A program made the translations under genes and the position numbers. This document shows positions 33,707-44,824 of a stretch of 54,363 nt of DNA, piece by piece. Below the pieces are notes generated by a model that ran no database searches, was not told where the DNA came from, and saw only the letters and a program-made list of their open reading frames with translations. The stretch comes from an uncultured Chroococcidiopsis sp. (GTDB lineage Bacteria > Cyanobacteriota > Cyanobacteriia > Cyanobacteriales > Chroococcidiopsidaceae), in the NCBI GenBank assembly GCA_964248365.1, contig CAXTYC010000014.1, positions 1-54,363 of the forward strand, read 5' to 3'. The stretch's first letter is position 1; each line of letters starts with the position of its first letter.

Positions 33707-34495
33707 ATGTGCCGTTTGCTTGGCTATCTTGGTTCACCGATTGCTTTAGATAAATTGTTGTACAAACCAGAACACTCACTGATTGTCCAAAGTTATCAAC
33801 CTCGTGAGATGACTTCGGGAGTGGTGAACGCTGATGGTTGTGGTGTTGGCTGGTATCACTCACAGAAAGATACCAACCCTTTTAGCTACAAAAGCGTTCT
33901 GCCGATTTGGAACGACACCAACCTCGCCAGTTTGAGCCGTTATGTTGAGTCGGGGTGTGTACTTGCCTATGTTCGTAGTGCTACGGCGGGACAAGTAGTG
34001 GATTTAAGTAACTGTCAACCTTTTGAGTACGATCACTTATTGTGCATTCACAATGGTCGAATTGAAAACTTCCGACAGACATTATACAGACCGATGCGCG
34101 ATCGCCTGGGGGATATCGCATACCAATCTATCGAAGGCAATACCGATTCTGAACACATTTTCGCCCTAGTACTCGATGAATTGCAAACCAATCAATCTGC
34201 TACGCTAGATCTGGCTTTGCACACAGCATTGCTTCAGATAGAGCAACTGGCAAAGTCGCACCAGGTAGCAGCTTCTGCCAACATGATTGTTAGTGACGGA
34301 AAACGCCTAGTGGCATCTCGTTTTGCCAGCGATAAAAATGCTCCCTCGCTTTATTGGCTACGAGACGATCCGGCATTCCCAGAGGCGGTAATTATTGCTT
34401 CGGAACCCTTATTTGAAGGTAATTGGAATTCTTTTCCCCAACAGAGCATCGTTAGTGTAGGACAAGACCTTGAAATCGAGATTTATCAAGTTTAA
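33707..34495 (+). CDS. egtC: Ergothioneine biosynthesis amidohydrolase EgtC
   Basis: N-terminal Cys (MCRLLGY), NADG.G.GWY, VRSAT, HNG, TDSE, ASEP. Confidence 0.92.
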   Translation: MCRLLGYLGSPIALDKLLYKPEHSLIVQSYQPREMTSGVVNADGCGVGWYHSQKDTNPFSYKSVLPIWNDTNLASLSRYVESGCVLAYVRSATAGQVVDLSNCQPFEYDHLLCIHNGRIENFRQTLYRPMRDRLGDIAYQSIEGNTDSEHIFALVLDELQTNQSATLDLALHTALLQIEQLAKSHQVAASANMIVSDGKRLVASRFASDKNAPSLYWLRDDPAFPEAVIIASEPLFEGNWNSFPQQSIVSVGQDLEIEIYQV

Positions 34496-35843
34496 ACCAG
34501 TAGGTTGTCAAGACGTAAATCCTGATACAAACATCCTGCAACTTTCTAGGCGACAACAACTGAAACAGTGGCTAAACTCGTGCCGTCGGGGAACTTTAGC
34601 TTTGTTCGACTGGGTAGATGAGGCGACATTCTGCTGTCAGGCGCATTCAGACTTTAGCCCAGTTGGTTGGCATTTGGGGCATATTGCATATACTGAATCT
34701 TTATGGCTACTAGAACGCAGTGCCGGACTACCTCCAATGTTCCCAGAATACCGTCGCCTGTTTGTGGCTGATGGCTTACCTAAGTCAGAGCGTGTCAATA
34801 TAGCCACATTTGAAGTAATTTGTCAATACCTAGATGCAGTTAGAGAGCAAGTTTTGTCTGTTTTGGAAACAGTTGATTTAGATCAACAAGAACGCCTTTG
34901 GCGGTGGATAATTCAGCATGAAAGTCAACACAGCGAAACGATCGCCTTTGTGTTGCAATTACAACGCTGGCCCAAAGAAGGCAGAGGTGCAGAGGGGCAG
35001 AGGTGCACAGGAGAAATTCTAATCCAAAATCCAAAATCCAAAATTCAAAATTCCCTTCACCCCTCACCCCTCACCCCTCATCCCTCGCCCCTCGCCCCTC
35101 AACTTGATGAAATGATAAAAATTCCTGCTGGGTACTTTGAGCAGGGGAATGATTCAATTGATGCCCTAGATAACGAGCAACCAGTGCATCAAGTCTACCT
35201 GGACACTTACTGGATCGATCGCTATCCAGTAACTTGTGGGCAGTATCGCGTATTCATAGAGGCAAAAGGCTATCAAAACCCTCACTGGTGGTCAAAGGAT
35301 GGTTGGAAATGGCGAGCTAGCAAGCAGATTAATCAACCGCTCTACTGGTCAGATAATACTCAATGGGATAATCATCCTGTCTGTGGTGTTAGCTGGTATG
35401 AAGCACAAGCTTATGCCAGATTTGTGGGTAAAAGATTGCCTACAGAAGCCGAATGGGAAAAAGCAGCCAGTTGGGATGTTGCTAGGGGCGATCGCAAACC
35501 CTATCCTTGGGGAGAAGCAACGCCGGATACCGACTCGTGTAATCACAACAACGCGATCGGGCAAACAACGCCAGTTAACGCATACCCAAAAGGACAAAGT
35601 GCCTATGGTTGCTACGATTTGCTGGGCAATGTTTGGGAATGGACGGGTTGTGTCTTCGACGGCTATGAAGGTTTTGTCAGTTACCCTTACGTTGGTTATT
35701 CCAAGGTTTATTTTGATGGACAACACCAAGTACTAAAAGGGGGCAGCTGGGCGACACCTCCTTGGGCGCTACGCTCTAGTTTTCGCAACTGGTATCACCC
35801 TGGCATCCGTCAGATTCTAGCTGGGTTTCGCTGTGCTTATTAG
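34470..35843 (+). CDS. egtB: Ergothioneine sulfoxide synthase EgtB (DinB plus FGE domains)
   Basis: SPVGWHLGH, QHESQHSE, RLPTEAEWE, GNVWEW, GGSW, FRNWY, GFRCA. Confidence 0.9.
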   Translation: MKSRFIKFKPVGCQDVNPDTNILQLSRRQQLKQWLNSCRRGTLALFDWVDEATFCCQAHSDFSPVGWHLGHIAYTESLWLLERSAGLPPMFPEYRRLFVADGLPKSERVNIATFEVICQYLDAVREQVLSVLETVDLDQQERLWRWIIQHESQHSETIAFVLQLQRWPKEGRGAEGQRCTGEILIQNPKSKIQNSLHPSPLTPHPSPLAPQLDEMIKIPAGYFEQGNDSIDALDNEQPVHQVYLDTYWIDRYPVTCGQYRVFIEAKGYQNPHWWSKDGWKWRASKQINQPLYWSDNTQWDNHPVCGVSWYEAQAYARFVGKRLPTEAEWEKAASWDVARGDRKPYPWGEATPDTDSCNHNNAIGQTTPVNAYPKGQSAYGCYDLLGNVWEWTGCVFDGYEGFVSYPYVGYSKVYFDGQHQVLKGGSWATPPWALRSSFRNWYHPGIRQILAGFRCAY

Positions 35844-36044
35844 CTGGCGCGCTGTTAGCTGGCGCGCTGTTAGCTAAGCACGGTTAGCTAAAAACGCTTA
35901 GTGTAGCAAGATAGTTTTTAATAGTTTCTAGCTATAAAGTAAGTTTCTAATACTCATGAGTTAATGAGTGTTGCTACTCGCTAAAAGCTAATCGCTAACA
36001 GCTAAAAGCTAATTGCTGACACGTTGTTTAGAAAGGCAGGTTGA

Positions 36045-37082
36045 ATGTCAATATCTAAGGCTGCAAGCAGCAAATATCCCCAATCCACAATTGAGCAACG
36101 CTTGCAGGTAGAACATCTCCAGAACCCAAATGTAATAATATCTAACCAGCTTGCTGACGGTAGCGATGTGGTTAAAGGATTAACTCAAACTCCCAAATCT
36201 CTACCTGCTCGTTACTTTTATGATGACCGAGGTTCCCAGTTATTCGAGCAAATTTGTGAATTGCCTGAGTATTATTTAACACGTACGGAAACAGCCATTT
36301 TACGTAATTACGCGGTTGAAATTGCCCAGATGACTGGCGCGTGTGAGCTGGTGGAACTGGGCAGCGGTAGCTCAACTAAAACACGAATTTTACTGGATGC
36401 CTACAACCAACTAGGATACCCTCTGCGCTACCTGCCAATTGATGTGAGTGCGGGAATTTTGGAAAGCAGTGCTAGGCAGCTACTAGCTGATTATCCCTCG
36501 CTGAATGTTCACGCGATCGCAGGTACATACGAAGGAGCGCTGGAGAAACTCGCACCAAGGCAGTTGCCTAGTCGAATGATTTGTTTTATAGGTAGCACTT
36601 TGGGTAATCTGACCCCAGCCGATTGTGATGTGTTCTTTTCCCAGATTACAGATGCTCTACATTGGGGTGAGTATTTCTTATTGGGAGTAGATCTGCAAAA
36701 GCCAAAACAAGTGCTGGAAAAAGCTTATAACGATCGCTCCAAAGTCACAGCAGCATTTAACCTGAATATGCTACAACATCTCAACTGGCGCTTTGATGGT
36801 GATTTTGACCTGCAAATGTTTGAACACTGGGCGTTTTATAACGAAACTGAGCATCAAATTGAAATGCATTTACGCAGTTTGCGATCGCAAACTGTTCAAT
36901 TACGCGCTCTAGATTTGACAGTTGAATTTACTCCAGGCGAGACAATTCATACCGAAATTTCCCGTAAGTTCAACCTCGTTTCATTGCAGCAACAACTACA
37001 AACACGGGGTTTAGTACCTCTTCATACCTGGAGTGATCCACAACAGTGGTTTGGTTTAATACTTTGTCAACTACAACGATGA
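36045..37082 (+). CDS. egtD: L-histidine N-alpha-methyltransferase
   Basis: YFYDDRGSQLFEQICELPEYY, ELGSGS, GSTLGN, AYND, TEISRKF. Confidence 0.95.
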   Translation: MSISKAASSKYPQSTIEQRLQVEHLQNPNVIISNQLADGSDVVKGLTQTPKSLPARYFYDDRGSQLFEQICELPEYYLTRTETAILRNYAVEIAQMTGACELVELGSGSSTKTRILLDAYNQLGYPLRYLPIDVSAGILESSARQLLADYPSLNVHAIAGTYEGALEKLAPRQLPSRMICFIGSTLGNLTPADCDVFFSQITDALHWGEYFLLGVDLQKPKQVLEKAYNDRSKVTAAFNLNMLQHLNWRFDGDFDLQMFEHWAFYNETEHQIEMHLRSLRSQTVQLRALDLTVEFTPGETIHTEISRKFNLVSLQQQLQTRGLVPLHTWSDPQQWFGLILCQLQR

Positions 37083-37282
37083 TTTGGTAATTGGTAAAAG
37101 GGGAAATGGGATTGCACACAAAAGGAAAAAGGTAGGGTGATCAAAGGGTGGACGCGCTTCTTTTGAATGAAACTATGAAGCTACAAACCAGAGCGCGACT
37201 ATTCCATACCTATCACCCTTGCTCCTTATTTCTTATTCCTTTTCCCCTTCCCCTTTTCCCTTTTCCCTTCTTTATTTACCAA

Positions 37283-38800
37283 TTACCCATAACTAGTTTC
37301 CAACTTCATCAGAATCTGGGGTTTAAGCTTTTCATACTCCTGCTTGAGCAGATTTTTAGCAAATTGGGGGTCAGCAGATGTAAATATAGTTCGGCTGAGC
37401 ATAACCCATTCTTGTAGTAGTTGTCGTTGGGTAGGAGCAATGTTAAGCAACAAAGACGTACTGGCAGTATGGGGGGATTCGCGCCCAAACAATAACACTC
37501 GGTAGTAACCTTTTTCTGCCATCAGTTGTGTAATTTCTTGACCCTTGTTAGTTTTTAAATCCAGATAATATGGCAACCACTTAGCACCATAAGTTTGGTG
37601 GTAAAGGACAGTTAGCCATAGCATCATTGGGTAGGGAGTGGTAATAAATAGGAATTGGTTATAGGTTCTGCTTTGTAGACGCTGAAAAATTACCGCTTGC
37701 GGTAACATCACCCATAAAGCTGCTATCTTCTGCTCGTTAATTTGGATGGGATAGGGAAAGACAATATCAGCAATCGGTTTATTTTTGGGCCAAGAAATTA
37801 GCCGACAAATTGCATCTGTTGAGATTGATGGCTTAGTCGAGTTATCATCAGTCTGTGCGATCGCCTTGTTTGATGCCGAATTGAAATTCTGATTGGCTAA
37901 TGGTCGAGTAGCAATTCGCTGCTCTAGAGCGATTAAAATTTGTATGATTTCACCAATACTTTGAGGGCGATCGCTTGGTGACTTTGCCAGACAACTCATC
38001 ACCAAATCCTTGACTTGGGGCAAAACAGTGAACTTAGTTTCCACCGCCTCAAAAGAACGTGGCGATTGAAAGTGATGCGCTTTGTACCAACCCCCAAAAG
38101 ATTGAGTATTTGCTTGAACGGGTATAATTCCTGTAATCATCTCAAACAGCATTACACCCAAGCTATAAATATCAGAGCGATTATCGAGTTCGCTACCCTC
38201 CATTTGTTCTGGAGAAGAATAAGCAAAAGTCCCCATGTAATATTTGGTTTGATTACTATCAGCCTGGAGTAACTTAGCGATCCCAAAGTCCAAAATTTTT
38301 GCCAACTCACCCAAACTTGGATCTTGAATAAGCAAGACATTGCTTGGTTTAATATCCCGATGGACAATTGAGTAGTTTTTGCCGTCAATAGGAATGCCTT
38401 GGTGAGCGCATTGTAGACCAAGGCAGATTTGACGCGCTAAACTCAAAAATCTAGCGTTGGAAAGAGTACGACGGCGAATGACATCGGTGAAGCTATTTCC
38501 TTGTAAGTATTCCATCACATAGAAAGGAGAGCCTTTTTCGTTCACTCCGTAATCCATTACGCGGACGATGTGAATACTTTTTTGACCCAATAGGGCGCAG
38601 GTTTTCGCTTCTTGTTCAAAGCGTTCCTGTAACTGATTTTTTTGATTGTGAGTAGAAAGGCTTAATAACTTAACCGCAACGGGTACGCCTCCCAACAAAA
38701 GATCTTTGGCAAGATAAACTTGCCCCATTGCTCCTGCTCCAATTAATTCTTTGAGCTGATAGCGCTTGGCAAGTATATCGTCTATGTTTTGATCTTTCAT
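37283..38800 (-). CDS. Ser/Thr protein kinase with a C-terminal domain of unknown function
   Basis: GAGAMG, VAVK, HRDIKPSN, DFG, SPE, DIYSLG all intact. Confidence 0.93.
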   Translation of the reverse strand: MKDQNIDDILAKRYQLKELIGAGAMGQVYLAKDLLLGGVPVAVKLLSLSTHNQKNQLQERFEQEAKTCALLGQKSIHIVRVMDYGVNEKGSPFYVMEYLQGNSFTDVIRRRTLSNARFLSLARQICLGLQCAHQGIPIDGKNYSIVHRDIKPSNVLLIQDPSLGELAKILDFGIAKLLQADSNQTKYYMGTFAYSSPEQMEGSELDNRSDIYSLGVMLFEMITGIIPVQANTQSFGGWYKAHHFQSPRSFEAVETKFTVLPQVKDLVMSCLAKSPSDRPQSIGEIIQILIALEQRIATRPLANQNFNSASNKAIAQTDDNSTKPSISTDAICRLISWPKNKPIADIVFPYPIQINEQKIAALWVMLPQAVIFQRLQSRTYNQFLFITTPYPMMLWLTVLYHQTYGAKWLPYYLDLKTNKGQEITQLMAEKGYYRVLLFGRESPHTASTSLLLNIAPTQRQLLQEWVMLSRTIFTSADPQFAKNLLKQEYEKLKPQILMKLETSYG

Positions 38801-38977
38801 GGAGAATCAGGCTATATAGCTAGCTAGGGCGCGTTTGTATTATCTACCTTTACCCATATTCTTCCCCTAGATAGGCATTTAGTGATCTAAGAGTGGGAAA
38901 AAAGTGAGGCATTAGGGGCTAGGGGCTAGGAGAGCTGGGGGAGCAAGAGGGGATGGGGAGGCTGAGGAGGCAATATT

Positions 38978-40186
38978 TCAATTTATTTCTGTAGATAGAT
39001 GTATTTCTCCGAGTAGCACTGGTTGTTTTGCGCCAGTAACTGAAGGAAGATTGCCAGGAATTCTTATTTGTCGCCAGTAGGCAAGGATAGCAAAGGCGAT
39101 CGCTTCTTTAAAATCTGCACTCAATCCTACTTCATCTGTAGTCAAGACTGGCACTTGTTCGAGCAATATCTGTAATCGATGTTTTAAGTACAGATTTCTA
39201 CTCCCACCGCCACACAATAGCACTTGTTGGGGTAGCTGAGGTAAAAAAGTGCGGTAACTATGAACAATCGAAGCAGCTGTTAATTCTGTCAAAGTCGCCA
39301 ACAAGTCGGCTGGACTAAGCTCGTATGCTGTTGCGTCTATTAAACACTGCTGTAGGTATTCCGAACCAAATAATTCCCTACCTGTAGATTTGGGTGGTGG
39401 TTGTTGAAAGAAATCGCCGCCCAGCCATTTTTCTACCAATGGATAACAAGGAGTACCACTTGCTGCCCAATTACCATCTTCATCGTAGGTTTTAGCGCCA
39501 TCGGTTAAATGCTGCACTGCCAGATCTAGTAGTGTATTACCAGGTCCAGTATCCCAACCTCTGATTTTTTCTTCCCAATTGATTTGATTACGAGCAGGTA
39601 GATACGTTAAATTACCAATTCCACCGATATTTTGAATACAACGAGACTTTTGGGGATGACCGAGTAGATAGGCATCTACTTTAGGCACTAGGGGCGCTCC
39701 TTGACCTCCTAGAGCGATATCCGCAGCCCGAAAATTACTTACAGTTGTAATTTCAGTTAGCTGAGCGATCGCCGCTCCTCTTCCCAACTGTAGACTATAC
39801 CCAATTTTGGATAAGGGATAAGGGATAAGGGATTTTGAATTCTCTTCATCTCCCCCAGCTCCCCCAGCTCTTACAAAGGGTGGGCGATGATAAACCGTCT
39901 GCCCATGAGAGCCAATTAACTCGGCAGTGGGATGACTTTTTTGAATATTTTGGGCAGCTTGAGCAAAACAAAAGGCGATCGCGTCATCTAATTGGGCTAA
40001 TTGGGCGAGTGTTAGAGCTGCACCCCCACAACAGGCTAAGATTTGCGATCGCAAGTCTGCCGGATAGGGATAAGTAGCCCCAGCCAACAGATCAACTTTT
40101 AAATCTTCATTCCCACTAATGTTAACTAAGGCAGCATCAATGCCATCCACTGAAGTGCCGCTCATCAAACCTATTACAACAACCAT
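38978..40186 (-). CDS. anmK: Anhydro-N-acetylmuramic acid kinase
   Basis: [47 protein letters not shown]. Confidence 0.96.
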   Translation of the reverse strand: MVVVIGLMSGTSVDGIDAALVNISGNEDLKVDLLAGATYPYPADLRSQILACCGGAALTLAQLAQLDDAIAFCFAQAAQNIQKSHPTAELIGSHGQTVYHRPPFVRAGGAGGDEENSKSLIPYPLSKIGYSLQLGRGAAIAQLTEITTVSNFRAADIALGGQGAPLVPKVDAYLLGHPQKSRCIQNIGGIGNLTYLPARNQINWEEKIRGWDTGPGNTLLDLAVQHLTDGAKTYDEDGNWAASGTPCYPLVEKWLGGDFFQQPPPKSTGRELFGSEYLQQCLIDATAYELSPADLLATLTELTAASIVHSYRTFLPQLPQQVLLCGGGSRNLYLKHRLQILLEQVPVLTTDEVGLSADFKEAIAFAILAYWRQIRIPGNLPSVTGAKQPVLLGEIHLSTEIN

Positions 40187-40229
40187 TCGATTTTAGATTT
40201 TAGATTTTAGATTTTAGATTAATCTAAAA

Positions 40230-40330
40230 CGCAAAGGCGCAAAGGCTCTCTTGTATCTTTTGCGTCTTTGCACGGACACTTTGCCTCCTGTCGGGAAACC
40301 CGCCCACCTGGGTGTCCTTGGCTTTGCGTG
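40230..40330. repeat. Nested dispersed repeat: CGCAAAGGCGCAAAG/CTTTGCG inverted unit with an inserted GGACAC...GTGTCC hairpin
   Basis: Arms read directly; the insert carries TCGGGAAACCCG; adjacent to (ATTTTAG)n at 40190-40220. Confidence 0.6.
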
Positions 40331-40344
40331 AAACAAATTTAAAA

Positions 40345-41556
40345 TCAGTTTGGTACTTCTTCAGTTGCTAGACGATTAGATGAGTCTTTCCCAGTTGCAA
40401 TGATGTGTAAATCGACGTGTCTGAGCAATCGCACTAACTTTTGAGTCAAAGAGCCTTCAAATAGTATTTTCCAGCGTGATCGCTGGCTTTCACCGATCAC
40501 AATTTGGGTAATACGATATTCGCAAGCCACATCGGCGATCGCTTTACCTATCTCATTACTTTTAACACGAATGAATGTACCGCCAAATTCCTTACACAGC
40601 TTCTCACAAGTTTCAATATGTAAACTTTCCTCTCTAGTGAGAAATCGGTCAGGATTTTTCACAAACAATACATATAGCGGGGCATTCATGTAACCTGCAA
40701 TCCTAGCTCCCCGACGCAACAACTGTACTGAGTTGGGATAAGTGGAAACACATACTAAAACCCGCTCGTGAATATTACAAATTTCTCCATCTAGCGTCTT
40801 GGTGTTAGCACGTTCATTTAATGCGATCGCATCTTCCTCAACATTATCTGCTACTTCCCTTAGCGCCAATTCTCGCAAGGCGATTAAATTGCGGCGTTGG
40901 AAAAAGTTTTGCAGACATTGATCGATTTTAGTGGGAGCGTAGATTTTGCCTTCTTTTAATCGTTCTTGCAGTGTTTCTGGAGTGACATCAATCACCACGA
41001 CTTCCAAAGCTTCTTCTAGCAAGCGATCGGGAATGCGTTCTCGCACGACTATACCCGTAATCCGCGCCACCAAATCATTTAGGCTTTCCAGATGCTGAAT
41101 ATTGACAGTCGAGTAAACATCAATTCCCGTTGCCAAAATTACTTCTACATCCTGATAGCGCTTTTCTCGCTCAGAACCTGGAACATTAGTATGTGCCAGT
41201 TCATCCACTAACACTAACTGAGGCGATCGCTCTATAATAGCGTCGGTATCCATCTCGGTTAACGTTAGTCCACCACGCGGAATTTCCTTGCGAGGTACTG
41301 TCTCTAACCCACCTGCTTTTTCTGCTGTTTCCTTGCGTCCGTGAGTTTCCAACAGCCCGATTACGACATCAATACCTTCCCGTTTGAGCGCATGGGCTTC
41401 CTCCAACATTCGGTAGGTTTTTCCCACCCCAGGAGCCATACCGATAAATATCTTGTGTTTACCGCGTCGGGCTGGACGAATAGTGGAATTACCATTAGGC
41501 ATTGACACGCTTGTTCTTTGGTTGTTTTCTCCAAGTATTTCACCCTTATTAATCAT
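40345..41556 (-). CDS. kdpD: KdpD N-terminal domain plus Usp domain (truncated cyanobacterial type)
   Basis: GMAPGVGKT, ETHGR, VDELAH, NIQHLES, LRELALR, Usp-like C-terminus; no TM or kinase domain. Confidence 0.92.
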   Translation of the reverse strand: MINKGEILGENNQRTSVSMPNGNSTIRPARRGKHKIFIGMAPGVGKTYRMLEEAHALKREGIDVVIGLLETHGRKETAEKAGGLETVPRKEIPRGGLTLTEMDTDAIIERSPQLVLVDELAHTNVPGSEREKRYQDVEVILATGIDVYSTVNIQHLESLNDLVARITGIVVRERIPDRLLEEALEVVVIDVTPETLQERLKEGKIYAPTKIDQCLQNFFQRRNLIALRELALREVADNVEEDAIALNERANTKTLDGEICNIHERVLVCVSTYPNSVQLLRRGARIAGYMNAPLYVLFVKNPDRFLTREESLHIETCEKLCKEFGGTFIRVKSNEIGKAIADVACEYRITQIVIGESQRSRWKILFEGSLTQKLVRLLRHVDLHIIATGKDSSNRLATEEVPN

Positions 41557-41631
41557 GGGTGCATCCTACTTAACAAAACTACATTTTTTCTCTATTATTT
41601 TATTACTTTTGTAAAGCTGTTAGCCAAGCGC

Positions 41632-41745
41632 AGTTACCAGTTAACAGTTACCAGTTACCAGTTACCAACTACCAACTACCAACTACCAGTTACAGCTAAA
41701 AGCTAATTGCTAAAAGCGCGCCAGCTAATAACTAATAGCTAATCG
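41632..41745. repeat. STRR arrays (CAGTTAC, ACCAACT, AGCTAAT-like)
   Basis: Tandem heptamers; CAGCTAAAAGCTAATTGCT also occurs near 35999-36017. Confidence 0.75.
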
Positions 41746-41750
41746 TTTTC

Positions 41751-42347
41751 TTATTGTTTGGCTGTTTGCAAAACATCAAGCTCCCGATTCAAATTCAACA
41801 CATTCACCGCTGGTTCCCCAAAAATTCCCAAAAATCTGCCTTGCGTATGCTTATTAATCAAAGGAATTATTTTATCAGTAGATAAGTTTCGCGCCTTAGC
41901 AACTCTATCTAGCTGAGCTTGGGCTGCTTCTAGTGTAATATGAGGGTCTAAACCAGAACCAGACGTATAAACCAGATCGGCGATGGGTTGGATACCGACC
42001 TTTTGTAATTGTCCGGCTTGCGCTTCAATACGTTTAAGCAAATCTGGATTACTCGGAGCAAGATTACTAGCACCAGAAACACCAGTTTTTCCTGCCTTCT
42101 CTCCTTGAGAATAATCAACAGTACTAGAACGACTTTGAAAATATCTATCAGAAGTAAAAACTTGACCAATCAAAGCCGAACCCACGAGTTGTCCATTGAG
42201 ATTTTGCACCAGACTACCATTAGCCCCAGCTTGCAGGAACGGCAACTGACCCACCAACAGAATTAACAAAGGATAAATCACCGCCGTCAACACCCACAGC
42301 ACCAGAGATAGACGAATCGCCCTAGAAACTTCTCGAAGAACTGACAT
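41751..42347 (-). CDS. kdpC: K+-transporting ATPase subunit C
   Basis: GSALIGQ, YFQSR, SGASNL, SGSGLDPHI, VNVL.LN. Confidence 0.95.
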   Translation of the reverse strand: MSVLREVSRAIRLSLVLWVLTAVIYPLLILLVGQLPFLQAGANGSLVQNLNGQLVGSALIGQVFTSDRYFQSRSSTVDYSQGEKAGKTGVSGASNLAPSNPDLLKRIEAQAGQLQKVGIQPIADLVYTSGSGLDPHITLEAAQAQLDRVAKARNLSTDKIIPLINKHTQGRFLGIFGEPAVNVLNLNRELDVLQTAKQ

Positions 42348-42655
42348 TAGAATCGCTCCGGCTGAAAAACGACGACAAACAAATAAACCACCAATCCTAG
42401 AGTTACCAAACCGAGTAAAGCGATCGCATAAGCAGATTTCCGCTCCAAAGTACCATCAGCCGCTGCATAAACAACTGGGGCAAGCAATAAGTTGAAGCAC
42501 AAAACAACAAAAATTGCAAGCGGTATTCTCTGCCTACGCCATTCAATAATTGGTAATTGGGAGTGAGTAGTGAGTAGTGAGTAGTAAGTAGTTATTCTTC
42601 CCCTGCTCCTGTGCACCATAACCCCCTTGCTCTCCTGCTTTGTTGTGTGCCTCAT
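42347..42655 (-). CDS. KdpG/KdpF-like small membrane subunit
   Basis: Two TM helices ending YLFVVVFQPERF; lies between kdpB and kdpC; N-terminus repeat-derived and start uncertain. Confidence 0.75.
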   Translation of the reverse strand: MRHTTKQESKGVMVHRSRGRITTYYSLLTTHSQLPIIEWRRQRIPLAIFVVLCFNLLLAPVVYAAADGTLERKSAYAIALLGLVTLGLVVYLFVVVFQPERF

Positions 42656-42685
42656 CTTCCTCCTCCTTTCTTACCTTTGCGTTTC

Positions 42686-42705
42686 CCTGGGGTTTAAACC
42701 CCAGG
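42686..42705. repeat. Perfect 20-bp palindrome within the kdp operon
   Basis: CCTGGGGTTTAAACCCCAGG. Confidence 0.7.
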
Positions 42706-42730
42706 CTTGCGTACGAGCGCGGTTCGTTTC

Positions 42731-44824
42731 TCAAGCCAAACCCACCGCCGTCACCAAAACATCAATCAACTTAATTGCAATAAACGGCGCAATCACCCCA
42801 CCCAACCCATAAATCAAAATATTCTGCTGCAACAACTGATTAGCCGTCAGAGGTCTAAACTTCACCCCCCTCAACGCCAAAGGAATCAAAGCCGGAATAA
42901 TCAAAGCATTGTAAATCAGCGCCGCCAGTACAGCAGAATTCGTACTAGTCAAACCCATAATATTCAAACTTTGCAGCCTAGCCCCAGCAAAAATCACCGG
43001 AATAATTGCAAAATACTTAGCAATATCATTTGCAATTGAAAAAGTAGTCAGCGCCCCTCTGGTAATCAACAACTGCTTACCAATAGACACAATATCAATT
43101 AATTTTGTGGGGTCAGAGTCCAAATCCACCATATTAGCTGCTTCTTTCGCCGCCTGAGTGCCAGTATTCATCGCTACTCCGACATTTGCCTGTGCCAAAG
43201 CTGGGGCATCATTCGTACCATCCCCCGTCATCGCCACTAGCTTACCTTGTGCTTGTTCCTGTTGAATTACTTCGATTTTGTCTTCTGGCGTAGCCTCGGC
43301 GATAAAGTCATCTACCCCAGCTTCCCCAGCAATTACCGAAGCAGTAATCCGGTTATCCCCAGTTAACATGACTGTCCGCACTCCCATGCGTCGCAGCTGG
43401 TCAAAACGTTCTCGGATACCAGGTTTCACAATGTCTTTGAGGTAAATCACGCCGTAAATCTCGCTATTTCGGGCGACAGCTAGGGGTGTACCTCCTAGTT
43501 CAGAAACTCGTTGATATGCAGCATCGAGTTGGGGCGAGTCTTGTCCATTACGCGAACGCACAAATCCCTTAATCGCACCCACCGCCCCCTTACGCACCTC
43601 AGTCCCATCGGGCAAATTCGTCCCACTCATACGCGTTTTCGCGGAAAATTCAATCCCTTCAGCGCGGCTGCGGTCAAAATCCACTGTCTGACCCAGTTTT
43701 TCAGCCAAGCGAACAATTGACTTACCTTCTGGTGTCTCATCAAATATACTTGCTGCCAAAGCCACTGAGGCAATTTCATCCATCGAGTGACCGTTGACAG
43801 GAATAAACTCTTCTGCTAAACGATTGCCCAGTGTAATCGTGCCTGTTTTATCCAATACCAGGGTATTCACATCACCACAAGCCTCTACCGCCCGTCCAGA
43901 GGTAGCGATTACGTTAAACTGAGCGACACGATCCATACCAGCAATGCCGATCGCGCTGAGCAAACCCCCGATTGTAGTGGGAATCAATGCTACCAACAGG
44001 GCAATTAAAACAGCTACACTAACGGGACTATTAACAAAGTTGGCTAAGGAGGGAAGCGTCGCTACCACGAACAGAAACACCAGCGTCAAAACCGCCAGTA
44101 ATACCGTCAGAGCAATTTCATTTGGTGTTTTACTGCGTTCTGCACCTTCTACTAGGGCAATCATCCGGTCAATAAATCCTTTACCTGGATCGGATGTGAT
44201 GCGGATAGTAAGTTCATCCGAGAGAATCCTGGTTCCGCCAGTCACCGAACTTGCAACATCTGATCCTGGTTCTTTTAATACTGGGGCTGATTCACCTGTA
44301 ATTGCAGATTCATCGACCGAAGCGACACCAGCAATAACTTCCCCATCCGCAGGGATGATATCTCCAGCAATTACTTTTACCACGTCGCCCCGATGCAGTT
44401 GGGTGGAAGATATTTCTTGAATTGAGCCATCAGGGAGAAGTTTACGAGCGATCGTATCAGACTTGGTTGAACGCAGGGCATCAGCTTGCGCTTTTCCTCG
44501 TCCTTCTGCTACAGCTTCAGCAAAGTTGGCAAACACGACGGTGAAAAACAATATCAACGTAATCAAACCGTTGAATAATTGCGGGTTCTTACCTTGGGTT
44601 GGACCAAACAAGTTTGGATCGATTGTCACCAAGGCGGTAACGATTGTCCCGACATATACTATGAACATGACGGGGTTTTTGAGCATTACTCGCGGGTTAA
44701 GTTTGGCAAAGGCATCTTTGATTGCTCTTTGATAAAGTCCTTGAGTGCTTGCTTTGGGGGTATGTTTGCGGGAACCGCGAGGACCGCTTGGTGTTGGGCG
44801 AGTGGAAGGATTTGCAGAATCCAT
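42731..44824 (-). CDS. kdpB: K+-transporting ATPase subunit B
   Basis: [33 protein letters not shown]. Confidence 0.98.
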   Translation of the reverse strand: MDSANPSTRPTPSGPRGSRKHTPKASTQGLYQRAIKDAFAKLNPRVMLKNPVMFIVYVGTIVTALVTIDPNLFGPTQGKNPQLFNGLITLILFFTVVFANFAEAVAEGRGKAQADALRSTKSDTIARKLLPDGSIQEISSTQLHRGDVVKVIAGDIIPADGEVIAGVASVDESAITGESAPVLKEPGSDVASSVTGGTRILSDELTIRITSDPGKGFIDRMIALVEGAERSKTPNEIALTVLLAVLTLVFLFVVATLPSLANFVNSPVSVAVLIALLVALIPTTIGGLLSAIGIAGMDRVAQFNVIATSGRAVEACGDVNTLVLDKTGTITLGNRLAEEFIPVNGHSMDEIASVALAASIFDETPEGKSIVRLAEKLGQTVDFDRSRAEGIEFSAKTRMSGTNLPDGTEVRKGAVGAIKGFVRSRNGQDSPQLDAAYQRVSELGGTPLAVARNSEIYGVIYLKDIVKPGIRERFDQLRRMGVRTVMLTGDNRITASVIAGEAGVDDFIAEATPEDKIEVIQQEQAQGKLVAMTGDGTNDAPALAQANVGVAMNTGTQAAKEAANMVDLDSDPTKLIDIVSIGKQLLITRGALTTFSIANDIAKYFAIIPVIFAGARLQSLNIMGLTSTNSAVLAALIYNALIIPALIPLALRGVKFRPLTANQLLQQNILIYGLGGVIAPFIAIKLIDVLVTAVGLA

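Noticed and set aside
37148..37417. 89-aa Phe/Pro-rich ORF (also 10609-10800, 44870-45112)
   Set aside because: Products of STRR arrays with no coding signal.
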